Shown here: positions 28,393 through 38,487 of the stretch, one piece after another
Position numbering within the stretch: the first letter of the stretch is position 1
Layout: each line of letters opens with the position of its first letter
DNA from: Acidobacteriota bacterium
GTDB taxonomy: Bacteria; Acidobacteriota; UBA6911; RPQK01; JAJDTT01
Assembly (NCBI GenBank): GCA_965263035.1
Contig: OZ253580.1
Span: forward strand, 2,528,001-2,592,000
Direction: 5' to 3'
Length of the DNA: 64,000 nucleotides
Notes under the pieces: model-generated
What the model saw: only the letters and a program-made list of their open reading frames with translations
Databases searched by the model: none
What the model was told of the DNA's origin: nothing
Translations under genes and position numbers: made by a program

Positions 28393-29814
28393 TCAATTCG
28401 ACGAAATGGAGACCTTGGAAATCGTCCAGTCCCCGTCCTCATCCCTGCTTGCAATGAGGGTGACCCGATACTCGTTGAGAGTCGCGTCTTCGATGTTGTG
28501 GCTCTGAACGTGACAGAGAATGATCTGTTCCATCCGCAGACAGGCCGTGCCGCTGGCGGCCACGGTAAACGTGCCGACGGTTTCGTCTCCGGCATCTCTC
28601 AGGTCGCATTTGCCTCCCGGTGGAATGACGCTCCCGGCGGCGCAGGCCTGGCTTGCCGGTTCGGTGACCGTGAGGGTTACCGAGTCCGTCGCCGTCTGTC
28701 CGTCCGCGCCTCGTACCGTGATGCGGTACGTCGTGGTGTCGGTGGGTGACACGGTCCGCGATCCCGACATCGGGACGGCGCCGATTCCTGGGGTGATCTC
28801 CGCGCTCTCGGCATCGGTCGAAGTCCAACTCAAGGTCGCTTTCTGGCCCCGTTCGATGGAGGTGGGGGATACCGTGATCCTCGCCGCCGGGCGCGTCGTA
28901 GGCTCACCGCCGGGGAAATGAATCCGGGTCGTGATGGGTACGCTGGTCACCGGGATCGAGCTGAAGAGATGCCCCGATTGAAGGAGCGCCATCGGATGGA
29001 CATCGAAGATCTCCTCCGGCTCATCGTCCTCATTCACCCGGCGAAGATGGAGGGTGCCATAGAAACGTGGCCCGACTTCGGGGAAGAGCTCGTGAACATA
29101 CTGCGCCATATGCTGGCCTGGTCCGAGTTCCAGAGTCCGGGTGGAACTATGGTCTGCCTCGGAGTCGAGGAGATACGCCTTCAGACGAGCCGTGCCGCCC
29201 GAACTGTTGGCCAACGCCAGCGCCGTTCTGGTGCGGGCCCCGTCGTCCTTGACCACCGGCAGGGAAAAAGCCGGAGTCGCCGCACTGGGCTCGACGCCGA
29301 CGATGGCGCTGACCTGCCGGGTATCGGGATCCATGAGACTGTAGACGGCTCCCCCTCCGATCCGCTTGCCGGAGGGAACCGACACGCTCGCCCAACCCAC
29401 CGTAATACTTCCGGACCCGCCGGTCTCCAGAAAGACCGATTGAGAGGCGGGGACGGTGACCGAGAATGAATCGCCCGACCCGACCAGTTCGTCCGTTCCC
29501 AATCTGTAGAGATCGACGACCATGCCCAAGCCGTCGGAACGCCGGAATCGGAGGGTCGCCATGAGTTCGTCCTCTTCGGCATTGGTGAGGAATATGGCGG
29601 TGGTGATTCCGATGCCTTCGCCGACGCCGTCCGCCACTTGCGGGAAAACGATTTCGTCGCCGGCGCCCGTGACGAACTGCTCTTGTCCCGCGAGCTCCTT
29701 GAGCGTGGCGAATTTCTGTTGCTGTGGCTCGGACGGCTCACCCTCGGCCAGGGTGAGCGCAAACCCCAGTGACAAGACCCACGGCATTGCCGCCACGGTC
29801 GTTTTTCGTGTCAT
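28393..29814 (-). CDS. secreted hypothetical protein with a PKD/Ig-like domain and a Cys-containing C-terminus
   Basis: GGAGG RBS, signal peptide, FPQVADG motif, SPTSIERGQKATLSW...TTTYRIT. Confidence 0.75.
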   Translation of the reverse strand: MTRKTTVAAMPWVLSLGFALTLAEGEPSEPQQQKFATLKELAGQEQFVTGAGDEIVFPQVADGVGEGIGITTAIFLTNAEEDELMATLRFRRSDGLGMVVDLYRLGTDELVGSGDSFSVTVPASQSVFLETGGSGSITVGWASVSVPSGKRIGGGAVYSLMDPDTRQVSAIVGVEPSAATPAFSLPVVKDDGARTRTALALANSSGGTARLKAYLLDSEADHSSTRTLELGPGQHMAQYVHELFPEVGPRFYGTLHLRRVNEDDEPEEIFDVHPMALLQSGHLFSSIPVTSVPITTRIHFPGGEPTTRPAARITVSPTSIERGQKATLSWTSTDAESAEITPGIGAVPMSGSRTVSPTDTTTYRITVRGADGQTATDSVTLTVTEPASQACAAGSVIPPGGKCDLRDAGDETVGTFTVAASGTACLRMEQIILCHVQSHNIEDATLNEYRVTLIASRDEDGDWTISKVSISSN

Positions 29815-30067
29815 GTTTTTTCCTCCACCGGCGTTAGGTGTTGTATAGGGTAACAACTGAGGCGTGGTTGGTGAGGACCAGGGGGTGGATTAGAGGGTGG
29901 AACAGGCGCGATGTTTGGTCGCCGCGCCTGTTGCCTGCCACGAGGGTTTGTCAATCGTATCGCCAGGCGACTTTTGCCACGAGGCGCGGACTGCGACGCT
30001 GGAATATGTTGTGCGTCGTTGAAACGGAGGTTGCCGTCACGGGACGCCCGTTCGGGAGGCGATACGG

Positions 30068-30610
30068 ATGAACGCCTCGTTCGACACCCTCGCGGCCGCC
30101 CGCGAGACTGGAATCCGCGGCTTCGACGACAGGCAAGTGGCAGTCTTGTTGAAGGTCATGCGCAGTAGTGGAGAGTCCGCCGTTACGAAATCCGATCTCG
30201 CCCTCGTGAAATCGGAGTTCACCCGCATGGATGCATCGTTGCGGCGAGAGATCACCGCAACCAGAACTGAACTCCGGTCCCCGGTTGCCGAGTTGCGCGC
30301 GGAAATTGCATCCTCTGCGGCCGAGTTGCGTGGAGAAATCGCTACGGCCAAGGCGGAGCTCCGAGCGGGCATGAATGCCATGGCCAACAAGCTGCTCCTC
30401 TCTCAGTTACCCGTTGCCGGGCGGGAGCGGCAGTTTTCTTGCCGCCGACCTGGAGCGGCGGTTTTCTTGCCGCCGACCTCCGGGGTGGACACAAGGCAAG
30501 TCGAGGAATGGAAGACAAGAATGGGCGACAAGAAAGTCGCCCCTCCCAGCGGGCGGCAAGAAAGTCGCCTGTACCCTTCTCGAGTAACCTTTAGGGGACT
30601 TCACCCATAG
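30068..30610 (+). pseudogene. DUF1640/CCDC90-like coiled-coil protein, probably degraded
   Basis: FDTLAAARE..., VTKSDL, 11-aa coiled-coil repeats; apparent compensating indels near 30107-30118; C-terminus runs into REPs from 30423. Confidence 0.55.
30423..30570. repeat. REP-like hairpin cluster (4 copies, two inverted pairs)
   Basis: GGAGCGGC(A/G)GTTTTCTTGCCGCC twice, then GGCG(A/G)CAAGAAAGTCGCC twice. Confidence 0.85.
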
Positions 30611-30739
30611 TGGGTGAAGAGGGCCAACCGGCCGGGAGCTACCGTAAAGTCGCAGCGCTCTCAGAGCACCTGGAGGGGACTCGTGCCCCGGCCGGTAGCC
30701 GCGATGGAGAACCTGTGGGAAGTCAGTGTCCCCTCCCAA

Positions 30740-31855
30740 TCAGCAGCAGACTTCGCGGATCATCCGGCCGTAGATCTCCACCGCTTCTTCGAGTTGCTCA
30801 ATGGAGATCCACTCTCCCACCGTGTGGGCCTGGGCGATGTTTCCGGGGCCCAGGACCACCAACTCTTCGACCTGGTCCTTGATCCAGATGGAGTCGGTTC
30901 CGTAGGGGACGGTCTCAGGTTTCCGTCCGCCGCTGGCCCGGGAAGCCAACTGCACGAGATCGGCGTCGGGAGAAACGTAGAAGGGACCCTTGAACGCCGT
31001 CTCCACCTCCAGGCCATGGGCTCTGGCCCTGCCGGCGACGATCTCCATCAGTTCCCGGCTCGCGTCACCGGGCATGGGCCGGAAGCCGATCTGGCAGGTG
31101 CTTCTGGCCGCGCTCACGTTGGGGCGGGTGCCGCCGTCGTCGAAGACCATGTTGAAACCGTTGGTGGGCGGATCGAAGTCCGTGTTCCGGTAGCGGGGAT
31201 CCCGTTTCACCTCCTTGGCCAGTTCGGCCATCTCGGCCAGGAAAGGAGCGATCAGAAAATTGGCCGAGGTGCCGAGGTCGGTGCTGGTATGGGCGGCTCT
31301 GCCGCAGGCCGTGGCCATGACCAGGACGCCTCCCTTGTGGGCGTAGACGGGCCGCAACTCGGTGGGCTCGGCCACAACGGCGTAGCTGGGCCGGGTTTCC
31401 TTGAAGAACCGGGATTCCCGGACCACCTGCTTGGCCCCGCCTCCGCCCACTTCCTCGTCGGCGGTGGCCATGACCAGCACCGGCTTCTTCAGAGTCCCGG
31501 CGGCCACGGCGGCAGCAGCCATGGTGGCCGCCAGAGGTCCCTTCATGTCGCAGGACCCCCGTCCGGAAACCTTGCCGTCTCCCACCACCGGGTCGTACGG
31601 GTCCCAGTCCTCCTCCTGTCCCGGCACCGTGTCGGTGTGGGAGAAGAAGGCGAGCCCTCCCGTTCCCGATCCCTTCCGGCCGACGATGCTGACCTTGGTC
31701 TCCCCGTTTTCGTCCACGTAATCCAGGCGTTCGGTCTCGAAGCCGTGCTCGCGAAACCGCTCCTCGACCAGGTCGGAGACCAGAGAGTTGCTCCAGCGGC
31801 TGACGGATTTGATGGCGACGAGATCCCGGGTCAGGGAAACTGGGTCGAGGTTCAT
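30740..31855 (-). CDS. M20 family amidohydrolase (acetylornithine deacetylase-like)
   Basis: SHTDTVP, GRGSCDMKG, ADEEVG, VAEPT, GPGNIAQAHT. Confidence 0.88.
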   Translation of the reverse strand: MNLDPVSLTRDLVAIKSVSRWSNSLVSDLVEERFREHGFETERLDYVDENGETKVSIVGRKGSGTGGLAFFSHTDTVPGQEEDWDPYDPVVGDGKVSGRGSCDMKGPLAATMAAAAVAAGTLKKPVLVMATADEEVGGGGAKQVVRESRFFKETRPSYAVVAEPTELRPVYAHKGGVLVMATACGRAAHTSTDLGTSANFLIAPFLAEMAELAKEVKRDPRYRNTDFDPPTNGFNMVFDDGGTRPNVSAARSTCQIGFRPMPGDASRELMEIVAGRARAHGLEVETAFKGPFYVSPDADLVQLASRASGGRKPETVPYGTDSIWIKDQVEELVVLGPGNIAQAHTVGEWISIEQLEEAVEIYGRMIREVCC

Positions 31856-31919
31856 GCGAAGTTCTCCTGATCGATAGCCCGGCACCAGAGTCCGCTCGGC
31901 GCCTCCTCTTTCCTTTTTT

Positions 31920-32060
31920 CTCTTCTAAGAAACAAGGAGGGGCGACTTCCAGTCGCCCATTCCTCCATGCTCCACCGGAGTTCGGCGGTTGGAAACCGCC
32001 GCTCCTACCCTTTTTCTGCTGGGCGTCCGCCGGACCGGGCCGGTGGGGGAGCTTTTCTCT
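31920..32060 (-). repeat. about 140-bp composite REP-containing (REPIN-like) element, copy B
   Basis: Inverted copy of 22183-22323. Confidence 0.85.
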
Positions 32061-32070
32061 TTGCTTTCCG

Positions 32071-33540
32071 TCAGGCGAGGATCTCGTGGACCAGCCGGGC
32101 CGGATACTGGTCGGTGAGGCGCTCCTCCAGGCCGTGACGCCGGTAGACCAGGTCCCGGTGGTTCAGGCCCAGCAGGTGCAGGAAGGTGGCGTGAAAGTCG
32201 TGGACGCTGACCCGGTCCACGGCGGCCTTGTGGCCGATGTCGTCGGTGGCGCCGTGGACGTAGCCGGCCTTGACTCCCCCTCCGGCCATCCAGAGGCTGA
32301 AGCCGTCGGGACCGTGGTCCCGGCCGGCGGCGCCGCCGTTTCGAAGCTGGGAGATGGGCATGCGGCCGAATTCCCCTCCCCAGATGACCAGCGTGTCGTC
32401 CAGCAGTCCCCGCTGCTTCAGGTCGCGAACCAGGGCGGCGGACGGCTGGTCCGTCTTCCGGCAGCAGTTTTCCAGGTTCTTCTTCAAGTCCGAGTGATTG
32501 TCCCAGATCTGGTACTCGATGAAGATCTGGACGAAGCGCACTCCCCTTTCCACCAGCCGCCGGGCCAGCAGGCAGCGTCTCCCGTAGGAGGCGGTGGCCT
32601 CGTTGTTGAGACCGTACATCTCCTTGGTGGCCTCGCTCTCCGGGGAGAGGTCCAAGGCGTCGCTGGCGGCCAACTGCATGCGGGCGGCCAGTTCGTAGGA
32701 GGAGATCCGGGCGTCCAGGTCCGGCTGCCAGGGACGCTCCGTGCGATGGGAATGGTCCAGGCTGCGCAGCAGGGACCGCTCGGCTTCGATCAGGGGATTG
32801 GGCAACTTCTCCCGGGGATTCAGGTTGAGCACGGCCGGATCCCTCTCCCGGAACCGTGTGCCCTGATACATCGGAGGCAACCAGCCCGACTGCCAGTTCT
32901 GAATTCCGTTGACCGGCAGCTTCTTGTCTTCCAGAACCACATAGCCAGGCAGGTTCCGGTTCTCGGTGCCCAGTGCGTAGGTGACCCATGCGCCCAGGGT
33001 GGGGCGGCCGGGAATGGTCCGGCCCGTGTGAAAGAGGTTGATGGAGGGCTCGTGGTTGAAATGCTCTCCGTACATGGAGCGGACCAAGGTGATGTCGTCC
33101 ACGATGGTGGCGGTATGCGGCAGGAGCTCCGAGAGCTCCATTCCGCACTTGCCGTGCCGGGAGAACTCCCACGGAGACGGCATCAGAGTGCCGACCTGAT
33201 CCATGTTCTCGATCTGGTTGAGCATATCCCTGGGGGCGGCGCCGCCCGCCATTCGAGCCAGGGTCGGCTTGGGGTCGAAGAGATCGACCTGGCTGGGGCC
33301 GCCGTTCATGAACAGGTGAATGACCGACTTGGCCTTGGGCTCATGGTGGGAAGCCAGCGGAGTCAAGTCGCTCCGGGGCCGTCCGTGGTCAAGGCTCGGC
33401 GAACCCGGAAGATCCTTCTGCAGCAGCCAAGCCAGGGCCGCGCCGTGGACTCCGTCGCCGAGACGGGAGAAGAAATTCCGCCGGGTGCCGCGGAGGTTCG
33501 ATCCGAAATTGGCCATGAGGTGCCTCGCTCGGTCAGTCAA
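32071..33540 (-). CDS. DUF1501 domain protein (Tat-like signal)
   Basis: TRRNFF, FMNGGPSQVDLFDPKP, LARRLVERGVRFV, WDNH, GEFGR, GRDH. Confidence 0.92.
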   Translation of the reverse strand: MTDRARHLMANFGSNLRGTRRNFFSRLGDGVHGAALAWLLQKDLPGSPSLDHGRPRSDLTPLASHHEPKAKSVIHLFMNGGPSQVDLFDPKPTLARMAGGAAPRDMLNQIENMDQVGTLMPSPWEFSRHGKCGMELSELLPHTATIVDDITLVRSMYGEHFNHEPSINLFHTGRTIPGRPTLGAWVTYALGTENRNLPGYVVLEDKKLPVNGIQNWQSGWLPPMYQGTRFRERDPAVLNLNPREKLPNPLIEAERSLLRSLDHSHRTERPWQPDLDARISSYELAARMQLAASDALDLSPESEATKEMYGLNNEATASYGRRCLLARRLVERGVRFVQIFIEYQIWDNHSDLKKNLENCCRKTDQPSAALVRDLKQRGLLDDTLVIWGGEFGRMPISQLRNGGAAGRDHGPDGFSLWMAGGGVKAGYVHGATDDIGHKAAVDRVSVHDFHATFLHLLGLNHRDLVYRRHGLEERLTDQYPARLVHEILA

Positions 33541-36448
33541 TATACAGAAACTCCGCCGAATTGAGGAGCGTGAGAACCACCGAGCTCAGCGCCGACCAGC
33601 GGGCCCCGGGGCCCCGCGGCGCGGGATCGTTCTTCCGTTCCAGGTGGCCGCGCCACTCCCGCTGCAGGCGTTGCAGCGACTCCTCGATGCGCCGGTCCTC
33701 CTCGGTCGTGGGATAGCGGCTCAGGACCTCCAGATAGAGTTTCTCGATCTGCCCCGGCGTGTCTCCCGGAGCCTGGTCCATGAGACGGCCCGCCAGATAG
33801 CGGGCGTGGCCGCGCATCAGCTCTCCGTTGAAGAGCTGCAGCGCCTGCAACGGGACGTTGGACTGGCGGCGCTGATCGCAGTTGGGGATCATCACCGGAT
33901 AGTCGAAGGCCTCCAGGGAGGAGACGGGCATGCGGCGCCTCTTGAGCAGATAGACGGCCCGGCGCCACCCGCCCGAGGTGGATTCGGGCACCACCTCGCC
34001 GCTGGATTCCTCCTTCAGGGGGACGGGAATTCCGAAGGGGGTCGGGTCCAGGCGGCCGGTGACGCGCAACACCGAATCGTGAATGGCCTCGGCTTCCAAC
34101 CGCCTCAGGGGCATCCGGGACAGGAGCAGGTTGTCGGGGTCCTGCTGCCGGACCCGGGGGCTGACCCGGGACGTCTGCCGGTAGGCCGCCGAGGTCATGA
34201 TCAGCCGGTGCATGGCCTTCATGCTCCATCCCCGGTCCACGAACTCGGCCGCCAGCCAATCCAGGAGCTGCGGATGCGTCGGCTGGGACCCGGTCTTGCC
34301 GAAGTCCCCCGGGGTGGTGACGAGTTCCCGGCCGAAGTGATGGCCCCAGATCCGATTGACCTGAACCCGCGAAGTCAGAGGGTGCCCCTCCTGCGTCAGC
34401 CAGCGGGCCAGGCCCAGACGGTTGCCGCTGGTATCCCGCCCCGGAGACGGCTTCGGACGGTACGGCTCCAGGCCGGTGCCGGACAGGATTCGGGGCACGT
34501 CCGGGTACACCCGTTCCGCCACCGACTGGGCTTCTCCCCGGTTCAGACGATAGACGGGAGACGGGTCCCCACCCATGTCGTAGAGCGCCCGGATGCCCGG
34601 CAGGGTCCGGTACTTGGTCTTGTCCCGGAAATTGGTCTCGGAACCGTACTTGGAGTTCTTGATGTGCGCGATGTCCTTCTGCAACTGGCTCGCGGACTCC
34701 TTGAACTCGGGGAACTCGTCACCGAGAGCAGGGTAAGTGGGGTCCACCACCTCCTTGAACTTCCGGGCCAGGAATCGCTGCAGACTGGAGCGTTTCGCTT
34801 CGGGCGTTTCGGCGATGGCCCTGAGGTCCGTCTGCAGGTCGGGCGGCAGGGCGGCCAGCGCCTGCTTCTGAAATTTTTCCTTGTAGGGCCGCGCTTTGTC
34901 TTCCAGCTCCGTTTCCAGGTTCCGAAGTTTGACCTGGAGGGGGGCGTTGTGGGCCTCGACCTCCTTGAGGTCCGCCTCCAGGGCGACGCGCAGGACCCGC
35001 TTGGTGGGCGGACGCCAGTCGTAGGGGTCCAGGGCGGTCTGGAAGATGGCGGCCAGGCTGTAGTACTCGCGCTGGCTCAGGGGATCGTACTTGTGGTCGT
35101 GGCAGCGGGCGCAACCGACGGTCAGGCCCAGAACCGAAGAGCCCAGGACCTGAAGCTCGTCGGCGATGACGTCCATCCTTTCCTGGAGCGACCCATTGGG
35201 CTGGCCATAGGTGCCGTCGGGGGCCAGCCGCAAGAAGCCGGTGGCGGCGATAACGTTCACCAGTTCCCGGGTGACCTCCTTCTGTTGCTTGTAGTTCACC
35301 AGCTCGTCGCCCGCCAGCTGCTCCGTCAGGAAACGGTCGTAAGGAGTGTCCCGGTTCAGCGCCCGGATCACGTAGTCGCGATAGCGCCAGGCATGAGGGC
35401 GGACCTTGTCTTCGTCGATGATCCCCTCCGAATCGCTGTACCCGGCCACGTCGAGCCAGTACTGGGCCCAGCGCTCCCCGTAGGCGGGAGAGTCCAGGAG
35501 CCGGTCCAGGAGCCGCCCGTAGGCCCCCGGCTCCCGGTCCGCCAGGTAGTCCAGGACTTCTTGCGAGGCGGGGGGCATGCCGGTCAGGTCCAGATAGGCC
35601 CGGCGCAGCAGGACCAGGGGCCCGGCCTCGGGAGAGAAGCCGAGGTCCTTGGCCTCCAGCCGTGCCAGCAAAAAGAGGTCGATGGGATTGCGGGCCGGCT
35701 CCGGATGACGGACTCGAGGCAGATCCGGCCTGCGCGGAGAGCGGAAGGACCAGAACTCCGTGTCTTCCGGGGACAGGGGGGGATCCGCGACGGCATCCGC
35801 CGGGGGCGGATCGACCGCGGCCCCGGCCAGAATCCACTGACTCAGGACCTCCACCTCGGCCGTGGTGGGAGGCCGGATCTTGTCCAGGGGAGGCATCTCC
35901 TGGGAGATGATGCGGGAAAAGAGCAGGCTCCGGCCCGGATCGCCGGGGACGAGAGCCGGCCCCGATTCGCCTCCCCGGAGTCGGCCGGCCCGGGTCCGCA
36001 GGTCCAGTCCCGCCTCCTGCTTGGCCTTTCCGTGACAGTTGACGCAGTGCATCTGAAAGATGGGCAGCACGTCCTTCTCGGTATAGAGCCGGCCGCCCGT
36101 GTGAGCGGCCTGGGCGTCGATCCAGAGCCGGATGGCCCGGATCTCCTCCTGGGACAGGTTGACGTCCCCCGGGGGCATGGCGCCCGAGATCAACTTGGAG
36201 ACCAGCAGGCTCCGGTCCGAGTCCCCGAGCATCAGGGCGGGTCCCGACTTCCCTCCGGCCAACATGGCCTCGAGGGTGCCCAGGTGGAGTAGGCCCTGGG
36301 GATCGGCGCCGCTGTGGCATTGGAGACAGTTCTTCTCGAAGATGGGGAGGACGTCCTTCTCGAAATCGGCGTCGGCGGAGCCGCCCGCTTGAAGAGCGGG
36401 GCCGAAGATCAAGCAGGCCAACGACGTCACACAGAACTTACGCAGCAT
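33533..36448 (-). CDS. planctomycete cytochrome c / PSD1 (DUF1549-DUF1553) protein with three CxxCH motifs
   Basis: CLQCH, CVNCH, CARCHDHKYDP, YGERWAQYWLD, PTHPQLLDWLA. Confidence 0.92.
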   Translation of the reverse strand: MLRKFCVTSLACLIFGPALQAGGSADADFEKDVLPIFEKNCLQCHSGADPQGLLHLGTLEAMLAGGKSGPALMLGDSDRSLLVSKLISGAMPPGDVNLSQEEIRAIRLWIDAQAAHTGGRLYTEKDVLPIFQMHCVNCHGKAKQEAGLDLRTRAGRLRGGESGPALVPGDPGRSLLFSRIISQEMPPLDKIRPPTTAEVEVLSQWILAGAAVDPPPADAVADPPLSPEDTEFWSFRSPRRPDLPRVRHPEPARNPIDLFLLARLEAKDLGFSPEAGPLVLLRRAYLDLTGMPPASQEVLDYLADREPGAYGRLLDRLLDSPAYGERWAQYWLDVAGYSDSEGIIDEDKVRPHAWRYRDYVIRALNRDTPYDRFLTEQLAGDELVNYKQQKEVTRELVNVIAATGFLRLAPDGTYGQPNGSLQERMDVIADELQVLGSSVLGLTVGCARCHDHKYDPLSQREYYSLAAIFQTALDPYDWRPPTKRVLRVALEADLKEVEAHNAPLQVKLRNLETELEDKARPYKEKFQKQALAALPPDLQTDLRAIAETPEAKRSSLQRFLARKFKEVVDPTYPALGDEFPEFKESASQLQKDIAHIKNSKYGSETNFRDKTKYRTLPGIRALYDMGGDPSPVYRLNRGEAQSVAERVYPDVPRILSGTGLEPYRPKPSPGRDTSGNRLGLARWLTQEGHPLTSRVQVNRIWGHHFGRELVTTPGDFGKTGSQPTHPQLLDWLAAEFVDRGWSMKAMHRLIMTSAAYRQTSRVSPRVRQQDPDNLLLSRMPLRRLEAEAIHDSVLRVTGRLDPTPFGIPVPLKEESSGEVVPESTSGGWRRAVYLLKRRRMPVSSLEAFDYPVMIPNCDQRRQSNVPLQALQLFNGELMRGHARYLAGRLMDQAPGDTPGQIEKLYLEVLSRYPTTEEDRRIEESLQRLQREWRGHLERKNDPAPRGPGARWSALSSVVLTLLNSAEFLYID

Positions 36449-36667
36449 GATCTCGTCTCGTGTCCTTTAAAACTACAACGGGGATGGCTTTTGGGGCAAC
36501 TGGAGACGGGAAAACAGTAACGAGGAAAGAGAGAAGAGGCAGACGTTTGCATGCGGGGACTACATTTCACAGTCGGCGGCGAAATCCTGGAAGACACTCT
36601 TTTGGGAAACTCCTCAACGCGAGACACCTCACCTCCATCTGTTAGTGTGTTCAAAGTCGGAAGAGCC

Positions 36668-38008
36668 ATGTTGTCCGTTCGATTGCTGGTTGCATCCACC
36701 TTGCTGGCGGCCGTCGCGTGTGGTCCTGCACGCGTTCCGTTGGTCTCGACCGGACCTCTTTACGACCTGGACCGGATTCCTCAGGACGCCACGGCCTTTA
36801 CCGAGAGCGGGGATCGGCCCATTCTCCAGGTCGGCAAGGACTGGCTCGAGAAGTTCGAAGCCTACTGGTACGGGCCCTGGGAGCGGACCGAGCCCGCGGT
36901 CTGCAGGGCGGCGGCGTTTGGTTGGGCCGCCGAATCGTTCTCCGGGAAGCCGGTCTTCGGTCCCAGTCTGCTGAAACTTTCCGCCTCCCAGGTGGCAGCC
37001 GTCGTGGCCAATGCGCAACTGGATGAATTTCCCAGTCGAGCCGAATACGGGATCGCCATCCGCAACACGGCCCTGCGGGCGCTGCCTTCGGCGGAACCCT
37101 TTTATTTCGACTTCCGCGAGGCGGGAGAGGGATACCCGTTCGACTACAATCAGAATTCGGCAGTCTGGGCGGGGACGCCCCTCTTCCTGACCCACGTCTC
37201 CCGGGACGGACGGTTTCTGGGAGCGGAATCGCCTTACACCTGCGGTTGGATCGATGCGCGGGACGTGGCGTTCGTCGACGAGGAGTTCATGGCCGCGTAC
37301 CGGCAGCCCCGTCTGGCCGCCCTGCGGCGGGACCGGATCCCAGTCTCCGGGGACCCCGGCGGATTCCTCTTCGAGGGGCGGATCGGAATGCTGCTGCCCC
37401 TGGCGGACGGGGCCGAACCAGGCGGTGTCCGGCTGCTGGCTCCCGTGGCCGACGCGAGTCGCCGGGCTTCCCTTTCGCAGGTCCGGCTGGCGGAACAGGA
37501 TGCCGCGCCGATTCCGTTTCCGTTCTCCCAGGATCGTCTGGCCGAGCTGATCAACCAGATCGTGGGGCAGCCCTACGGTTGGGGTGGACTGGGCGGTCAT
37601 CGCGACTGTTCCTCCACCATCCTGGATATCTTCCTGCCCTTCGGACTTCGCCTGCCGCGCAACTCGAGAAGTCAGGCGAGTGCGGGGAAAAACGTGGACC
37701 TCGCCAAGCTCTCCGCGGACGAAAAACGAAAGCGAATTCTGGAAGCGGCGGTCCCCTTCCGCACGCTTCTGAACATCAGGGGCCACGTCATGCTCTATCT
37801 CGGAGCCTTCCGGGGCTCCCCGGTGGCGTTTCACACCATCTGGGGACTCCGGACGGCTTCCCGGGACGAGTCAAGCTCGGGGCGGTTTCTGATCGGGAAA
37901 TCGGTCATCACCAGTCTGTCGCCGGGACTCGAGATCAGCGAGTTGTCACCGAGCAGGGGCGACCTGCTGGACCGCATCGACTCCCTTACTTTGCTGGGAG
38001 AAGAATAG
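36668..38008 (+). CDS. NlpC/P60 lipoprotein with SH3-like domains
   Basis: Lipobox AVAC; GQPYGWGG, RDCS, LPRNS, GHVMLYLG. Confidence 0.9.
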   Translation: MLSVRLLVASTLLAAVACGPARVPLVSTGPLYDLDRIPQDATAFTESGDRPILQVGKDWLEKFEAYWYGPWERTEPAVCRAAAFGWAAESFSGKPVFGPSLLKLSASQVAAVVANAQLDEFPSRAEYGIAIRNTALRALPSAEPFYFDFREAGEGYPFDYNQNSAVWAGTPLFLTHVSRDGRFLGAESPYTCGWIDARDVAFVDEEFMAAYRQPRLAALRRDRIPVSGDPGGFLFEGRIGMLLPLADGAEPGGVRLLAPVADASRRASLSQVRLAEQDAAPIPFPFSQDRLAELINQIVGQPYGWGGLGGHRDCSSTILDIFLPFGLRLPRNSRSQASAGKNVDLAKLSADEKRKRILEAAVPFRTLLNIRGHVMLYLGAFRGSPVAFHTIWGLRTASRDESSSGRFLIGKSVITSLSPGLEISELSPSRGDLLDRIDSLTLLGEE

Positions 38009-38062
38009 GTGCTCGATTCACCGGCGTCGCGTCAGGCCTGACGATCCAGGCCGGGACTGAGT

Positions 38063-38296
38063 TCAGGCGGCGGTGCCGCGTCCATTGCGGACGAAGAAAT
38101 CCCGCAGCACATCGAGAGTGCCTTCGACCCGTCCTATGCGGTCACGGAGATCTCCGATCTGGTGATCCATACGGTCACGCAAGTCCTTTATGTCCGCTCG
38201 CAAATCACCGCGCACGGATCGGATGGATCGGTCCAGGTAGAAGAATCCCAGAATGAGAATCGCGGGAGTGATCCACTCGGCAAGTTCAGGTGGCAT
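38063..38296 (-). CDS. small membrane-anchored coiled-coil protein
   Basis: AGGA RBS, short TM helix, DLRDR repeats, RIGRVEG. Confidence 0.65.
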   Translation of the reverse strand: MPPELAEWITPAILILGFFYLDRSIRSVRGDLRADIKDLRDRMDHQIGDLRDRIGRVEGTLDVLRDFFVRNGRGTAA

Positions 38297-38487
38297 CGGT
38301 TCCTCGTAGAAACAAGAATAACATCCCGGACGAGCTCCAGAAACAGGAAGGATTGGGCGATTGGAAATCGCCCCACCGCCGCCCTCGTACAGGGTTGGAC
38401 GGGACCCCTGATCCCGGTCCTCGATCTCTCGATATCTAAAACGGTACGATTCAGAAAAACGCGAAAGTCGGCGTCCAGGAATATAGA

